From Ginglymostoma cirratum (Eukaryota): DNA of 64,000 nt. The notes under the pieces were generated by a model, which did not search any database, was not told the origin of the DNA, and was given only the letters and a program-made list of their open reading frames with translations. How positions within the stretch are numbered: position 1 is the first letter of the stretch; each line of letters starts with the position of its first letter. The DNA is taken from the NCBI GenBank assembly GCA_024137785.1, contig JAHRHZ010000035.1, positions 15,278,856-15,342,855 of the forward strand, read 5' to 3'. Below, piece by piece: positions 13,470-27,872 of this stretch. The position numbers and the translations under genes were made by a program.

Positions 13470-14010
13470 AATATTCAACACCTGCCCTCTGCAGAGCAAT
13501 CACTTCAATTATTCCCATTCCATCACTTCATCCCCATAACCCAGCAAATTTATTTGCCTCAAGTATCCATCCAATTTCCTTTTGAAATCATTCATTGCTT
13601 CTGCCATTCACATAGACAGCAATTTTCAGTTCATTACCACTCACTGCATAAAACGTTCTTCCACATGTTCCCCCAAATCTTTTGCCCAACAGTTTAAGTC
13701 TGTGACCCCTTGTAATATCAGCGAAGAGGAACATGTTTTTCTTTTCATCTATGTTTCATTAGCTGGTCATCATCTTATACACCTCTATCAAATCTCTCCT
13801 CAATCACCTTTCTCCAAAGAGAGCAACTCTACTTCTCTAACCATTGTGGTAAATCTGTTCTTCACCATTTCAAGGACCCTCAAATCCTTTGTAAAGTGTG
13901 GTGACTGGAACTGGACACACAACTCTAGTTGCAGCCCCACCAGAGTTTTATAAAGGTCCGATATAATGTCCCTGCCTTTGTACTCAATCCCTTTATTTAG
14001 GAAGCCTTAT
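13470..14010 (-). mobile_element. Decayed CR1 LINE 3' portion
   Basis: Contains ctggaactggacacacaactctagttgcagcc and aaatctctcctcaatc, the typical antisense CR1 RT end. Confidence 0.65.
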
Positions 14011-14099
14011 CATAAATCTTAACAATGCAGCTGTAAAACCATGATCAGACAACCAGCAGTTTTTTCCAAGATGAAAATATCTTTACAAATTTTAGGTAT

Positions 14100-14660
14100 T
14101 GTTCAGAGGGTGTAACTAATAGGCTAGATGAAAAGGAGCCAGTAGATGGATTATATTTGAATATATTCGCATGGATGGACAGTTGATGAACAGACATAGA
14201 GAGCAATGAGTAGGAATGAACAGAACAATTTTAAATTGGAAAGCTGTGACAATTGGACAATTGCAAGGATCCGAGCTGGAACCTCAGCTATTTGTGATCT
14301 ATGTTGTTGACTTGATCAAAGAGCAATGTAGATAAGGTTTTTGATGAAACAAAGCTAAATCAGAATGTAAGCTGTACAGACAACAAGATGACTGCAAAGC
14401 AGTTAGGTTAAGTAAGTAGACAATGAGGTGGGAGACAGTATAAAAGAAGAAAGTGTGAGGTTATTCACTTCGGAATGAAAAACAGAAAAGCAGATTTTGT
14501 TTTAAAAGGAGTTGGACATTTAAACTTTAATCTTCAGAGAGACTGGGATACTCATACAAGTACAGGTGCAGCAAGCAACTAATATGGTAAATAGAACATT
14601 GGCCTTTCTTGCAAGGGGCTTGGAGTACAGGAATGATCTGGCTACAATTTTAAAGGGTGT
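14100..14660 (+). mobile_element. Decayed CR1 RT fragment
   Basis: QVQQATNMVNRTLAFLARGLEYRN and ...KCEVIHFG...-like remnants. Confidence 0.7.
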
Positions 14661-16701
14661 TAGTAAGAATGAACCAGACTGTATCTCCAGGATCTTTATT
14701 TGCTGTCATGGTCTCCACTGCTGCTCCTGGGGTAGCAGGAACTCCCATGTCAGCCAGACATCAAGGATCCTACACACAAAGCAGGATACCAATTTCCCCT
14801 GTTGGCCATGTCCTGGGCACACATCAGGAACCATGTAGGGCTGCTCCAGACTGACAGTGCTTGTCTGAAAGTACAACAGACTTTTAAAGATGGCACAGGC
14901 ACAAGGGATGCTAGTATTTTGGCAGATATCTGCTGAGTAGCAAATTGTTCCACGAACAGTGTGTGGTGAGTTGGGACAGAAATCAGACGTGGGAGAAGCT
15001 ATAGAAATGTGAATGGTATTTAATGAGGCAAGCTTGTAAGAAACAGGTGAGAAAACTCACCAGGCCTCATGGCAACAAACCCTCAAAATAACCCAGACTG
15101 AGCCAAAAATAAAAAGTAACATTCAGCCCTATATGACAGATCCAACAGTTTTACATTTTAATCCATTATTAATGAATAAGCAAGTGTACAGCATGCCTCT
15201 TAAAAAGCTTCATTTGCACCACAGCTGTAAACTCAGACTTGTTCCCAGTTGCTAATTTATTGTTGTTTCACATTAAACTGCTCAGTACAAACAGTGTGAA
15301 ATAATTTCTTCCAAATTACTTCAAAGGAGAATCAATCACCTCCTGATGATTTTCTGAAATCCAATGCAAAACAGGTAGGGTTAATGCAGATTGGAATAAA
15401 TATAACGTAGCTCTATTCACAAAGCCCCGAGTTGTGACATCAAATTGTAATGGTTCTGGATTTGGCTCCTAGGTTTCTAGTTATACACCTATGGTTATAC
15501 TATGAGAGGTTTACAGTCAAAAAAGCTTTGTAAATAATGGATTTCCAATCGTTATACCGTGCTATGAATGACTGTGAGCTTATTAAATTTTACTACAATC
15601 AATAACATATCCACACATAGTTCATAGATAGTTAACTGAACATTATCAGTTTCCTTCACAATATTGGTTTTCATTATTTACTATGAATACTCCCGGATAC
15701 AATATTCTACATTTACAATTGACTTTCAAAGAAAATTGGTTTTTGGTTGAAACTATGTTGGCATCAATATGTGGGTGTTCATACCGCTCATGAACATAAT
15801 GCAATAGTTCTCATCTTATTTCACAAGCACAAGTGGCCCAATACCTCTATCCTTGTCCACCAGGAAAGCTGCAATTCTGAAACAGATAGCACTTGTGATT
15901 TTTTGAGCTACTATTATTAATGATGTAGAGTACAATCATTTTCAGATGAATGTCAATTAAACAGACAAGTAGCTCAAACTGTATTTGAAGGGAAGATATA
16001 CAAATGAATTACAAAAAAGAAAACATTCTATCAGTAGTTATTTTAGTCATGAAATACAGCTACTAGCTTTTAAATGAAGCGTATTGTTCCCAATTTTCTA
16101 TTAATTGTTTTTACTTCCCAATATTGTGTAGCGAGAGTCTCAAAGAAATAATAGAAATTATTTAAAGGCTTCTACAGTACACAATGACTATTAAAGAAGG
16201 GAGAATAATTCTTGGGGGTTTCTTGCTGAAATTTCTTCCTTCCTCACATCACACCTCTTCTGCTGGTCCAATCAAAATATATGATTCAGTAACAGTAAAT
16301 TATGTATGAGAACCCATATCCTATCAATTAATGATGGTCTAATGCACTGCACCACCAGACTGCCTAGCTTCCTAACAACATATTGAAAATACAGATCTGA
16401 AAGGCAGGAAATGGACAGATTCCTGAAATGAGTTATGATTATCGAGAATCAGGTAGAATGCAGGCCTATTCTGTTGTTGGAATTTTGGGTGAGGAATCAA
16501 AGAAACAAAATGTTAATAACAATATAAAAGTTATGGAAAATTCAGTGTTCTCTGTATTTTTTTTTAGGTTTTGTATTTAAATCAATTGCCTCCATTGAGG
16601 GCAAAGCAAATTCTCCCAATACCTCCCAATAAAAGTTTCCGTCTTTTCCACTTCAAGCATAGTTCCACAGGTAGCACAGCAGTATTTCAGTATTTCAAAA
16701 A

Positions 16702-16905
16702 GTTGGTTAACTCAGTTGGTTGGATGTCTGGTCTACAATAAGAGTAATACCAACAGGGTGGGTTCAATTCTCACATTGGTTGAGGTTACCATGAAGGACT
16801 AGCTTTCTCAACATCTCCCCTCTCCTGCAGCATGGTATTAAACTACCCCCAGTTTTCTTTCTCTAATGGTCCAGAAGGACAATGGCAATGTCAGCTTTTA
16901 TTTCT
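16702..16905 (+). mobile_element. tRNA-derived SINE, family B
   Basis: gttggttaactcagttgg (A box) ... gggttcaattc (B box) ... gaggttaccatgaaggac. Confidence 0.7.
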
Positions 16906-17227
16906 GTGTGAACCAGGAAGCCATACTTCTCACAAAAATAGGCATAATTTTTTTTTAAATCATTAGATATTAAAAAAAAATACACAGCTACATTCATACA
17001 GTCTAAAGCCATGTAGGTCATAGCTTCCATCAGACCAACCTCTTCACTAACATCACTCATACTATTGAGAGCAAACTGAAGCAGTAATATGATGCAGGCT
17101 GTCTACATGAAGAAACATCTTTTCAGATGTAACTGAGATTGGGATTTCAACATCAAAATCCACAATAATAGGAAGTCAGGTGTTTGTTGCCAAGTTTGCA
17201 AAGGCTCAAATAGGAAAGCATCAAGAG

Positions 17228-17537
17228 AGGGTAGCACAGTGGCTTACAGTGTCGAGGGCTCAGGTTCAATTCCACCCTCAGGTGACTGTCCATGTGGAGT
17301 TTACACAGTCTTCCTGTGTCTAAGTGGATTTGCTCCGGTTTCCTCCTACAGTCCAAAATGTGCGGGTTAGGTATAGCGGCCATGCTTATAGCATCCAGGG
17401 ATGTGTAGGTTAGGTGGATTGTCCATTGGAAATGCGGGGTTATAGGGTAGGGGGTTGGGTCTGGATAGGATGCTTGTTGGAGGGTCAGTGTATACTCAAT
17501 GGGCTGAATGGCCTGCTTCCACACTGTAGGGATTCTA
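17228..17537 (+). mobile_element. HE1-type SINE
   Basis: ggtagcacagtgg head, ggttcaattcc B box, core, and tail gggctgaatggcctgcttccacactgtagggattcta. Confidence 0.88.
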
Positions 17538-17689
17538 AGAAATAAGGTAGCAAATTGTAAGATCATTTCAGATTAACCAGTGCAAACAGAAATAGGTTTC
17601 CAGTGACAGCAAGTGTTCATCCTTGGTTATAAACTGGCAAAACAAAAAAATTCCAATATATTTAACTTACAGATTGCTGTTAGAATAGC

Positions 17690-17822
17690 TTCAGTTCCAA
17701 AGAAAAGTCATACTGGACTCAAAATGTTAATTCTGTTTCTCCCTCCACAGATGCTGCCTGACCTGCTGAGTTGCCCCAGCATCTACTGATTTTATTTCAG
17801 ATTTCCAGCATCCCCAGTACTG
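17690..17822 (+). mobile_element. Decayed short Penelope-like unit (degenerate hammerhead)
   Basis: cagttccaaagaaaagtcatactggactcaaaatgttaattctg...cagatgctgcctgacctgctgag, homologous to 9843-9957. Confidence 0.6.
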
Positions 17823-19304
17823 TCACACAGAATAATGTCCTGCACATTTGGAAAAGAATCTGAAAGAGTGAGAAAGTGGTTTTGTTTGAAGTTATCTTGT
17901 CAGTCTCTGAATGGGATATAGAAGGAGGAGAGGAACTTTTCCGTTACTGTGTTTCCAGATTACAGTTTTAGATTCTACAAAAGAAGTGACCGATTTTGTC
18001 AGTCAATATTTAATAAGCAAAAGCATATAATTTATAAAATCTTGACAAATCACAGCATTAAAAATTGCTCTTTTAGTCGGAGTGTATTAAACATGAACAA
18101 TTCAAATATAATATTAGCCCTTGAATGTGGAAGGAAATTTTCTTCAGCAACAAACCAAGCCCTTAGTCTTGGTCTATTAGGTTTTCTACAATCATTCAGT
18201 GAGATATCGATCTTTATCTAGGGCTAAAATACTAAATTTACTTTCCCAATTAGCACATTTGCGTTCCGGATCTAGATAGAGTATATATCCGTCACCAATG
18301 GCCTGAATACAAAGCCATTCCTGAAAGATTCTGTCAGTTCAGCTAGTGTCCAATTTGATAAATGCACTTCACACATCTAATTGGACACCTGCTTCCACGA
18401 TAAACACTTTTTCAAAAATTTTCCAGCAGCAGTGCTTTGAACACTTGCATTAAAAAAAATGTTTGATCACTGAGTACACTAAAACGAATCAGAGCTAACG
18501 CCTTCCATCAACAATGAATTTGGGGTGGGAGGGAAAAACAGTTCAATAGATTCAGCTGATCCGAGCAAGGTGTCTGTCAGAACTGTATCATGCGTCAGTT
18601 GCTGAGGGTTTCTTTATTGGTCGTTAACAGATTTGCAGAGTGCACTTGTTCAGTGTTCACAACAGGGCATCACATATCATTTATGTGTTTTAATACAAAT
18701 CAAAGCAAAACTACATTTCTCTCTCCTTCTGGAAAATACATTGTTGCTTAATTTATACAAAATGAACAGCCAATATAAACAATTTAAAGACAGTTTTATG
18801 AAAATTCTTCAGCAGATTCTTTGCATTGACTTCAAAGATCAGAATACTCAATTGTTTAAGACAATAAAAATAATATGTTTTATTGAACTTTGTCTCACAT
18901 AGAATGAGCACCTTCTAAATTCATTGAATCACAACGACCATTTATTGAGACTTGTTAAAGCAATTCAAATGTTAAGTGTAATTCATTAAAAAGAAAAAGA
19001 ATTAGAAGTGAGGTGTAGACTGTAAGGACAGATTGTTAAGGTAGCAGCAGTCCATCTCACTGAATTTTTGAACAATGACAGCACTGAATAACTGTTTGTT
19101 TTTCAATACAATGTATATTGTCATGAACAAAAAAAATGCTGGTTACTCATTGTCCACATTATGCATTATTCTTCTTCAATAAACATAAGTGTCGGCCAAT
19201 ATCTGAAATTTGTTTGAGAGGTAAAACTTCAGCCATCAGTGAGAATAATCTCTCCTTGACATCTAATAGTTATTAATATATCTCGCTAAATTTTAACCTT
19301 TCTC

Positions 19305-19622
19305 TTATTCTTATACAGGATATGGGTTGCACTGGAGTGGCTGGCATTTTTTTCCTGTCCTTAAACTGAATGAATTACTCAATCATTTTGAAGCCCACAT
19401 TGCTCTGGACCTGGAATCACCTGTAGGTTACTGGCACCCAGTAAAGGCAGCAAATTTTCTTCCGTGAAGGACGTTAGTGAATGATCTTTAAAATGATCCA
19501 TGATAGTTTAAAGGCCATTGATACGAGCACACAACTTCAGAATTTTTATTAATTGAATTTAAATTCCACAGCTGCCGTGCCAATTACTTGTCTAGTAGCA
19601 TTATCACTATGCCACTGTCTCC
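19305..19622 (-). mobile_element. tRNA-derived SINE family C (possibly SacSINE1/DeuSINE-like), decayed
   Basis: Homologous to 44975-45308 (ccacattgct, ctggaatcac, ttgaatttaaattcc). Confidence 0.55.
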
Positions 19623-21191
19623 ACAAATCTAATGTAAAGCAGCATTTTAACAATGTACTCAAACTGCTACTAAATGTCATGCCACAATGAACAGTTCTTT
19701 TAAGTGTGGATGCAGGTCAGCTCATGAACTGAACGCTTACTGGTCACTCACTGGTACATCCCACCAAATCACAGCCAGAACTATGACATTTGAAATATCC
19801 AGCATCCATTATAGTAGGTCAGTTCCAAATGCATCATCTTATTCAGTATTTGAAATTATAACTTTAAAAGACAATTGCAGATTACTTGAAGCAAAGTTTC
19901 ATGGTGTTAAGTAACTAAGGCTTGAAACTGTGATAGCTTGGTATTGACAGTTCAATAAAGATATTCAAAATCATATACCTCCTGCTCTATTTATCTTCAA
20001 TGCACAAATTTTAATGTATTTGCCTTATCGTTGTATTTATTTATAAACAAGCACACTCTAAAATGTTTTAAATCTATTCATTGCAGTTAAAGCACATTGC
20101 ATAATGGGTCCTAATTTGAGAAAGCGTAAACTATAAACAAACTAAATTAGAAAATCCGTATAACTTGCTGCTGGATGTATGTGACTTGAAATAACTTTCT
20201 TTGTTTGGGGTATCTTGCTTGCCTTTATTTCTTTTCTGACCTTTTAATATTATTTCATTTACCACTTAATTTTCCAATTCTGACGTGTCTTGCCCAAAAC
20301 ATTAAACAGATCATCTCAATACAAATGGTGCGTGCATACTGCATTCTGCTATGTATCAAAACTCTGTTTTGTCAATATTTTATTGTTAGACTATACTATA
20401 TCAAGCAATCTACAGCCTTATTGCAAACCAACATGGACACAAATTCACCTTCTCTTCTATCATCATAAATTAACTTGTGATTCATGTTAAGTTAGACAAA
20501 TCTTTGATTGTTCAATTTTTATGTAACATTATCAGTTTCAATCAAGCAAGTATAGGCGAACAACCACAATCTGACCAATAACTAGGAATGCAATCTTAGA
20601 TCTGGTGTAACATGATCCTGGATCAAACAGTACAGTACTCTATATTTTCTCATTCCTTTAAAGTAATTTTGAGGGCAGGTTCAGAAAATCAAAGCAATTT
20701 CCACACAAGCTCAATTTTGCTATTACACCACTGTAAAAAAATATGCTGCATTAGCCACCCGCATATGAGTACACAGCAGACCCTCCATTATCATCCATTA
20801 AAATGAAGGGGCCTCATGGTAGATCATTAATAACTGGTGCATAATCGAAAGTGTCCCAATCTTGGTATTGCATGTTATGATACTGCGATGTTTTAGGCAC
20901 TAAGGCAAAGATTAATAAACAACTACAAACAGATCTATGTTTATTCATCAAGTAACAGAAATTAAATTAAAAACAAATAAATCAGTGCCATGAAATATCC
21001 AAAGAACCAATGAGATGATAATTGAGAAATGTAGATGATGGAGTTCCGTTGCATGGTCCACAACAAATCCCCAAGCATAATAACAGACCTCCTAATTTCA
21101 GAATGGCTGACATTTCAAACTGTCACCTGGTAAATACTTGGAATCAGTTATTATAACAATTGTACTGGCTGTGTGATTTTTCAGCAACTTA

Positions 21192-21368
<177 letters not shown>

Positions 21369-22242
21369 TTATCTGTTGACAAAAACATTATTCAAGTTAT
21401 TTGGTCAACAGCCAGAAATAGGTTTGACAATTTTTGCTAAGTGATCTTTTTAATATTGCATTTGAAAATAGTCAAATATAATTAATTAGAACATTTTTAC
21501 ATAGTCTAATTACCAGCTCAAGCTGGTTTTACTGGAAAGGTGAAATATAGAAAACAGTGTTCAGATTAATTATAAAAATGGCCACCATTAAATAGCAATA
21601 AACTTAAAGTCATTCATGAAATAGATATTATGGTTGGAAATTATAGAAAACACCATTTTGAGACTTTTATCAAAATCAGAGAGAAAACACTATCTTCTTT
21701 GCAATGGAGATTCAAAGTTATAAAAGTCAAAGTCTTACAAATAAATTGATTACCTGAATCTCAATGATCATATTGAGTTTTCAGTCTAGGGTGATTAGCT
21801 CTCAGTTCTACTGACAATATGAATGTTACAATTACTGGTAATGCCCCACGGCCAATGAGATAAATAGCCAGTATCTCTGAGCTTTTGAACACTATCAAAT
21901 GTTGGGAAATACACAAGCATGGATGTTGGACGAAGACTCAAATAGATTTAATTGTGCAGGCTTCCATAATGCAACACTCAGCCAATTCAATACCTAGACC
22001 TACATCCAAAGGATTTCAACCAGGTTTAAGTAGCTATACCTGGCTGAGAATAAGTATCTTCAAGATAGTTGAGGTGAAAATTGGGTTATGGTAAGGGAAA
22101 CTGTCAAAAAAAAGCACAAATGTTTGGTGACTATTCAACCCAGCAGCATATGTTAGGATTCAGTGCAGCATTCTAGTTGGGCTCGTATTATATGTGTTTT
22201 CAAATATACACTTTTTTCTTAAATTGCAACATTGAAAAGGCA

Positions 22243-22390
22243 TTTGTATGGGTGTATGAATAGGAAGGATTTAGAGGGATATGGGCCAAATGCTAGCAAA
22301 TGGGACTAGGTCAGATTGGGATGCCTGATCGGTGCAGATGAGTTGGACCAACAGGTGTGTTCCCATGCTGTATGACTTAATGACTCCATG
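22243..22390 (+). mobile_element. CR1-type LINE 3' end
   Basis: ttagagggatatgggccaaatgctagcaaatgggactagg...ccatgctgtatgact. Confidence 0.7.
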
Positions 22391-25300
22391 TGTTGTAAAT
22401 TAAAAACTTCCCAGATGATCTTGTAATATCACCAACAGACTTTGCTAAGTACATTTAAGAGTTAATGGGCAAGTGTGAATAGAAATTAGAAATGAGAAGG
22501 GAATTACAGTTTCAAAAAACAGAACATATTGACAAACAACACTGAAAAACATGCTCTCATTACCCACAATAGTGATATGTTCCTCCTAACATTTCTTCAA
22601 TCTTCCCTCCTCAATTTTTCAATTCAATTTTCTTCTCTTCTATTGATCCTTCAATATTAATATTATGCTTCAGCTGAGAGCTGACCAGAAATTCCAAAAC
22701 TTGCTGTTTGTCAACACTTTCCTTACGTCTGCTGTTGTGGGGACACAAAAGTGACCCAAGTCTTTCAATGTTACCATTTGGCATGTAGGGATGTACTTAT
22801 TGTATGTTTTTATCCTCTCAAGGGCCCTCTCAAGCATGGAGACAAATTGTAAAAATATCAGGCATTAACTGATATGCTAATATGCCTACAAATCAAAATA
22901 TTACACCAATGATCACCATGCCATGGAATTATTTGAAAGCTGCGAGGCTACAAATGATCACATTTTAGTGGTGTAGAGGTGCATTTTAATACAATCATAG
23001 AATCTTGAAACCTTCATTTCAGTTATTAGTTAAATGCAACTTTAATTCAGAGTAAGGACCTAATACATCATCACAACAAAGCAGAATGATATTCCTTGAG
23101 CAGAAAGTCTCACTATGCACCTCTCTAGAATCAAATCAGTCATTGTACTCCTTAAGCCTTGCATTAATACAAAGCGAAAGATGATTTGCATTGATGCTAA
23201 ACTTGGGAATGCATCCTTAATGTAAGATATCACTAATGTATCATTTTTGTTTAAAAGTTGACTTTCATCTCCATTTTTTTACCGAGATTCATATAGAGGG
23301 ATTAACAGGAACAGATCCCTAACTGTTTTCAGTAAGATTAACTAACTTTCCTCCAGGAACTTGAACCGTGCTGAAAGGATATTTCAGGTTAAGGACAGAT
23401 CATTCTCAATAGAAAAGGTGACACTTCAAGTCAATTACATATTGAATATAAAACTTCCATGTCTTGGGGAGAAAATTTCTATTTATGAGGCCCTGCAGCT
23501 TTAGAAGGCATATTTCATTATGAATAAAAACAGAAAATGCAGAAATTACTTCATAGGTCAGACAGCAACTTGGGAGAGCAAAACAGTTAAATGTTTCATA
23601 CTGAAGCTCTAATAAAAAATAAGGTGAGAGTTTCTAGCATTGTTTTTTTAATTTCATATTTCCAGCAATCCACATTATCTTGTTTCTTTTCATTACAAAT
23701 AGATTGCAAGATGCTTAACAAAGGAACAACCAATATTTTTCAGGAATAGTGCTTAAGGTTAGCACCAGCTGTTGCGGCAAAATGATAAGCAAAACTGGAC
23801 TCCTACAGTTCTGGCTGATGATTTGTTCTTAAACCACTTTGCTACTTCTGGCCTACTTACCAGAAAATTGTGAAATCATGAATTATTCATAAGTTGGTGT
23901 GTGGTGCAAAGATTTGTATTTGTTTTAAATTGGAATGTAAATTTTTTTTCAGGGCCCTTTACACATCCTATTAATTGAAGAAGATTGCATTGGTTTAAGG
24001 AAGTAAATTTTTCGCAGATCCTTTATTTGGCTAAATGGTACAACATTGCAAATTACTATTTGTAAAATACATAATAAGATATTACATATGTTTTTGCTGT
24101 ACAGTTGGCAGAAAAATCTTATGGACAACGTTTGTATTTTGAACTTTATAGCAAATAGCATTTCTTAACTTGATGATTTTGTTATTCTAAAAGCATTTGT
24201 CTTGATAAAAACAAGGAATCAGAGAAGCACAATAAAACATTAGTCAGTAAGAGGCAGTTCCATGCGTGCAGTAGTGAACAGAGAAGACACATAGCATCCT
24301 CAATGCAACACTACTGCTCATTCAAGCCATGGAGTGAAAACATTGCCAGGACAATGTCAAATAGGATTAGCTTTGCTGTGATAGTACAAAATGCCCATCC
24401 TACTAACTACCCATTTCAAATTCTGGACATAAGCCATCTGTACACATTCTGACAGAAGTACAAGACTGAGGCGGACCATTTTTGCAAGTGAAAACACTTC
24501 AATAAAAGAAAATGTAAGCAGAAGGACGTAGCTCTTCAATCACCACCATCCAAGAATACCAAATTCATCAACTAAGTTTCAAACAATGATTTCACTAATT
24601 CATTTTGTTTCTACAAACTCAGAAGCAACAGGCATTAGATGAAGTACATAATCTCATCTTGTGATACCTTTCTTGAAATACTTAATATGAATCATAACTT
24701 AGTTATGCCAAATAGCACATGAAAATTGTAAAATACTTTGTTATTAACGTTTTTCCAAAATTTAATAGGTAATTTCAGTTGTGTAAATGTCTGCAGAAGT
24801 CTTTTTTTTATTTTTAAGTTAAATTGGCATTTGTATAAAAATGTATCTAATGTTGGATTCAGTTGGATTTTTCAAATAATGTAGGTTTAGTTATATTTAA
24901 TTTATCTGGCTATAATCATTTAGTACTTGCTGCGCCTTTGCATGAAAAGTATTCAATAAGCCATATGATGTGATCTGATTAAACTACAATATGTAAAGGT
25001 GAGCTCCATTCACCTTTGTAGAACAATATGTCAAGGGACTATAGATTTGGTTGATAAGCTCCATTCAGACAAATTTAAACAAACTCATTTCATATGTTTT
25101 ATAAATCAGTTAAAATGGTTACTGCCTGAGGCTTATTAATCAAGGTTTGCACAAATAGACAAGCTGATATCCCAACTCTTCCCGTTTATGGTATTAATAA
25201 ATATTCTGATATTCTTGTTGCTGGTATTCATGAAATTAAGTGTGCAAAATAATTTAATATGAGATTTTCCTCTTCTTCATTTCTTCCCTTGATGACATTG

Positions 25301-26930
25301 ACTTATGCTGGAATACAATTCCACAAGATAGTATCTCAGCCAATAGTCCATTCTTCATTGTTTAGCCTGATACTAGACAGGATTGTGTATTAGAATGTAG
25401 CAAAGACAATGCTGACCATGTTCTTACCTGATTTCTATACATGTTCTTTTTTCCAGCAAATACCTAGGAATTAGGAACAGGAATTCTGATCCTCCCCCTC
25501 TAACCAAAGAACTCCAAAGTTAATTGTGGCACTGCTATCATCATTGCTTTTAGCTAACACGACACATAATGGGACTGACACTTTATAGAAAGAATGGACC
25601 AGTTATACATCACCTTTGCCAAATGAGTCATTAGGGAGTGTAAGATTTGTTTTAAATAACTGGTGTTAAAGGTTGATTACAAAATTGATTAACCACTGTA
25701 AAAGAAAATGATACTTCATGTGTAATTTGTATTTTAGTGAATTAGATTACCGTTAATGGAGTGAGGGATATTTTGATTGGCTCAGAACAGCAATAAACCT
25801 TTTGAATAAATATGTCTCAAGCGGAGATCCTTAGTTTCCGTCAATTTAAATCTAATATTTGCATTTATATGAACTGTAGTTGATCTTCACCTTTGTAGCA
25901 CTAAGTTCTACTTTGATCAACTGCAACATATGACAAGAACTATGTTTCAAAAAAAAAGCAAATTGCTACCTTCTCATTCTTTATTGCTCAATTAAAGCAC
26001 AATTATGTGTCTCAGTGATTAATGTGCCATAGGAAGAGAACCGGGTTGGATTCCATTGTGTGGAATACTTTTCTACTTCACATTTCTGACAGTCATGCAA
26101 TAATAACAATCTTCAAATTGGCAATTTGGAAACCGTGATTATTTGAAGATGATATAAGAATTGGGGCCTAGTTATGCAGTATAATCAATTCAGAAATTTT
26201 TGTCAGCCAATTGAGCAATTTTGCATGTGGCATCAAAGTGTCAAATCTTAGTTTTCAAAGGAAACCACTTTTTCTATTATCTGTTATTTGCATAAGATTT
26301 GAGCTTTCCATGAACCATTTAAAATTGCTCTAGAATCAGAAAAAGAGACTTTTCCCACTTGTTGCTTACATGATGAAATTTGCAGACTACTTCATTATTT
26401 TCACATGCTTGATACGATTGTGTTCCAAATTATGTCTTTTATGTGTTGTGTACAAACTGCTGTCATCCGCCTAAAGTAGTTGTTCATAAATATTAGGTGA
26501 TCTTCCAGAAGCTCCTCATTTTATTTAAACAGAGACAAAAGATAAATTTCATATTCCCTATATTTTGAAGTCTCTACAACTTAGACCACTGCAACCCGTA
26601 TTCCCCTCAAATTCTTACAAAAACCACATATGGGCATGTTCCTACTTTATAGCTGGAATCACAGGGAAACATTTTAACACATTGCTCTTACTCTGACAGA
26701 AATGGAGAGACAACCAACACTGTGGACCAGTTTCGCAAAATGGTTCGTTTCTGTGATGTAAATTCTCTGCGATTTCGGATAAGTTTTTTGAAATCTCGGA
26801 GGATTCAATAATAAAGCGAAGTTTATGTAACTGATCTAATTGCTAGGTTTCTTCTCTTAGAATAGGACGTATTTGGCTTCAGTTTAGTTGCGTAGTGTCC
26901 TGGAAAATGTAACCAGCATCCGGTACTCAC

Positions 26931-27036
26931 CAGTCTCTCGCTCATGGGCGTTTTATCTCTATCGGGAAGGTGCTGTTCCAAAGCTAAAACGATGCAGTTT
27001 GCAATGATGGTCGCTAATATCATGTATTCAAATGGA
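26931..27036 (-). CDS. CACNA1B: Cav2.2 coding exon 2 (IS1 segment)
   Basis: 106 nt; T completes CC|T (Pro), then [35 protein letters not shown]. Acceptor is AC (U12) and donor is CTG|GTGAGT. Confidence 0.95.
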
Positions 27037-27310
27037 GTAAGTGAGGTTAAGGAAGGAGCTTTCATAATCGTACAGATTTTAATTTTGTCTTGTGAAAATA
27101 CACCTTTAACATTTTTATTTTTAAAAAATCGTTTTAACATGTAATTGTTCAGTACCTTTCACTAACTCTGACACTAAGGACGCAGAAACTTTCAGAACTT
27201 AACTCCAAAAGAATCCCGGTAATATTACTGCACTTATCCCTTTTCTCCACACTGATCATGTGAGGTTGAATTGAGGAAATAGTGGCGCTGTGAAGAGTTT
27301 ACAAACTTGG

Positions 27311-27438
27311 AGACAATAAGGACTGCAGATGCTGGAAGCTAGAGACTAGAGGTGTGAGGCTGGAAAAGCACAGCAGATCTGACAGCATCAGAGGAGCAGG
27401 TAAGTCAACGTTTCGGGCCGAAACCCTTCTCCAGGACT
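27311..27438 (-). mobile_element. 128-bp hammerhead-bearing Penelope-like insertion in the U12 intron
   Basis: Perfect 14-bp TSD gtttacaaacttgg (27297-27310, 27439-27452). The minus strand begins AGTC-CTGGAGA-A-GGGT-TTCG-GCCC-GAAA-CGTT-GACT. Confidence 0.8.
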
Positions 27439-27851
27439 GTTTACAAACTTGGCCAACATAGGTGTTCTCTCGATCTACATGTCTCTTCAAAGGGCCGAAT
27501 CAGGTGTGAGGAGTGGGGGACACGTTGGTTGACTTGAAGTTTGGGGTCAATTCAGGTGAAAGCACCTCTTGGGAGACGAACAATTTCGAAAAACATATTC
27601 GACTACACCATTATATGAAGCAACTTGTGTCTTTTTAATTCCTTTTTCCATAAATCATTAGCCAATCTGGATGCAAACCTTAACCAGGGCAATGTAGCCA
27701 TTGTAATAGGTATTTTCCAAAAGATCTTACTCAAACACACACACACGCACGCACACACAATAATTGATCTGTGTTCACCCTATGGAACAAATGATTCCCT
27801 CGCCGTCTTTGCCATCTCCCAGCCGGGTTTGCCTAGAAGCGTGGGCGCATC

Positions 27852-27872
27852 TTCAGCACCTTGGACAGCACC
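27852..27872 (+). promoter_or_regulatory. RE1/NRSE REST-binding site in intron 1
   Basis: TTCAGCACCTTGGACAGCACC versus consensus TTCAGCACCnnGGACAGCGCC; differs only at the free spacer and one tolerated G>A. Confidence 0.85.

Noticed and set aside
17153-17566. 137-aa minus-strand ORF
   Set aside because: Antisense translation of an HE1-type SINE; the same peptide (IPTVWKQAIQP) recurs at 30762-30947.
24987-25068. Small hairpin aaaggtga/tcaccttt with short direct repeats
   Set aside because: Too short to distinguish from a local repair scar or chance.
26823-27140. 105-aa ORF as a stand-alone gene
   Set aside because: Only 26931-27036 is exon 2; the flanks are intronic read-through.
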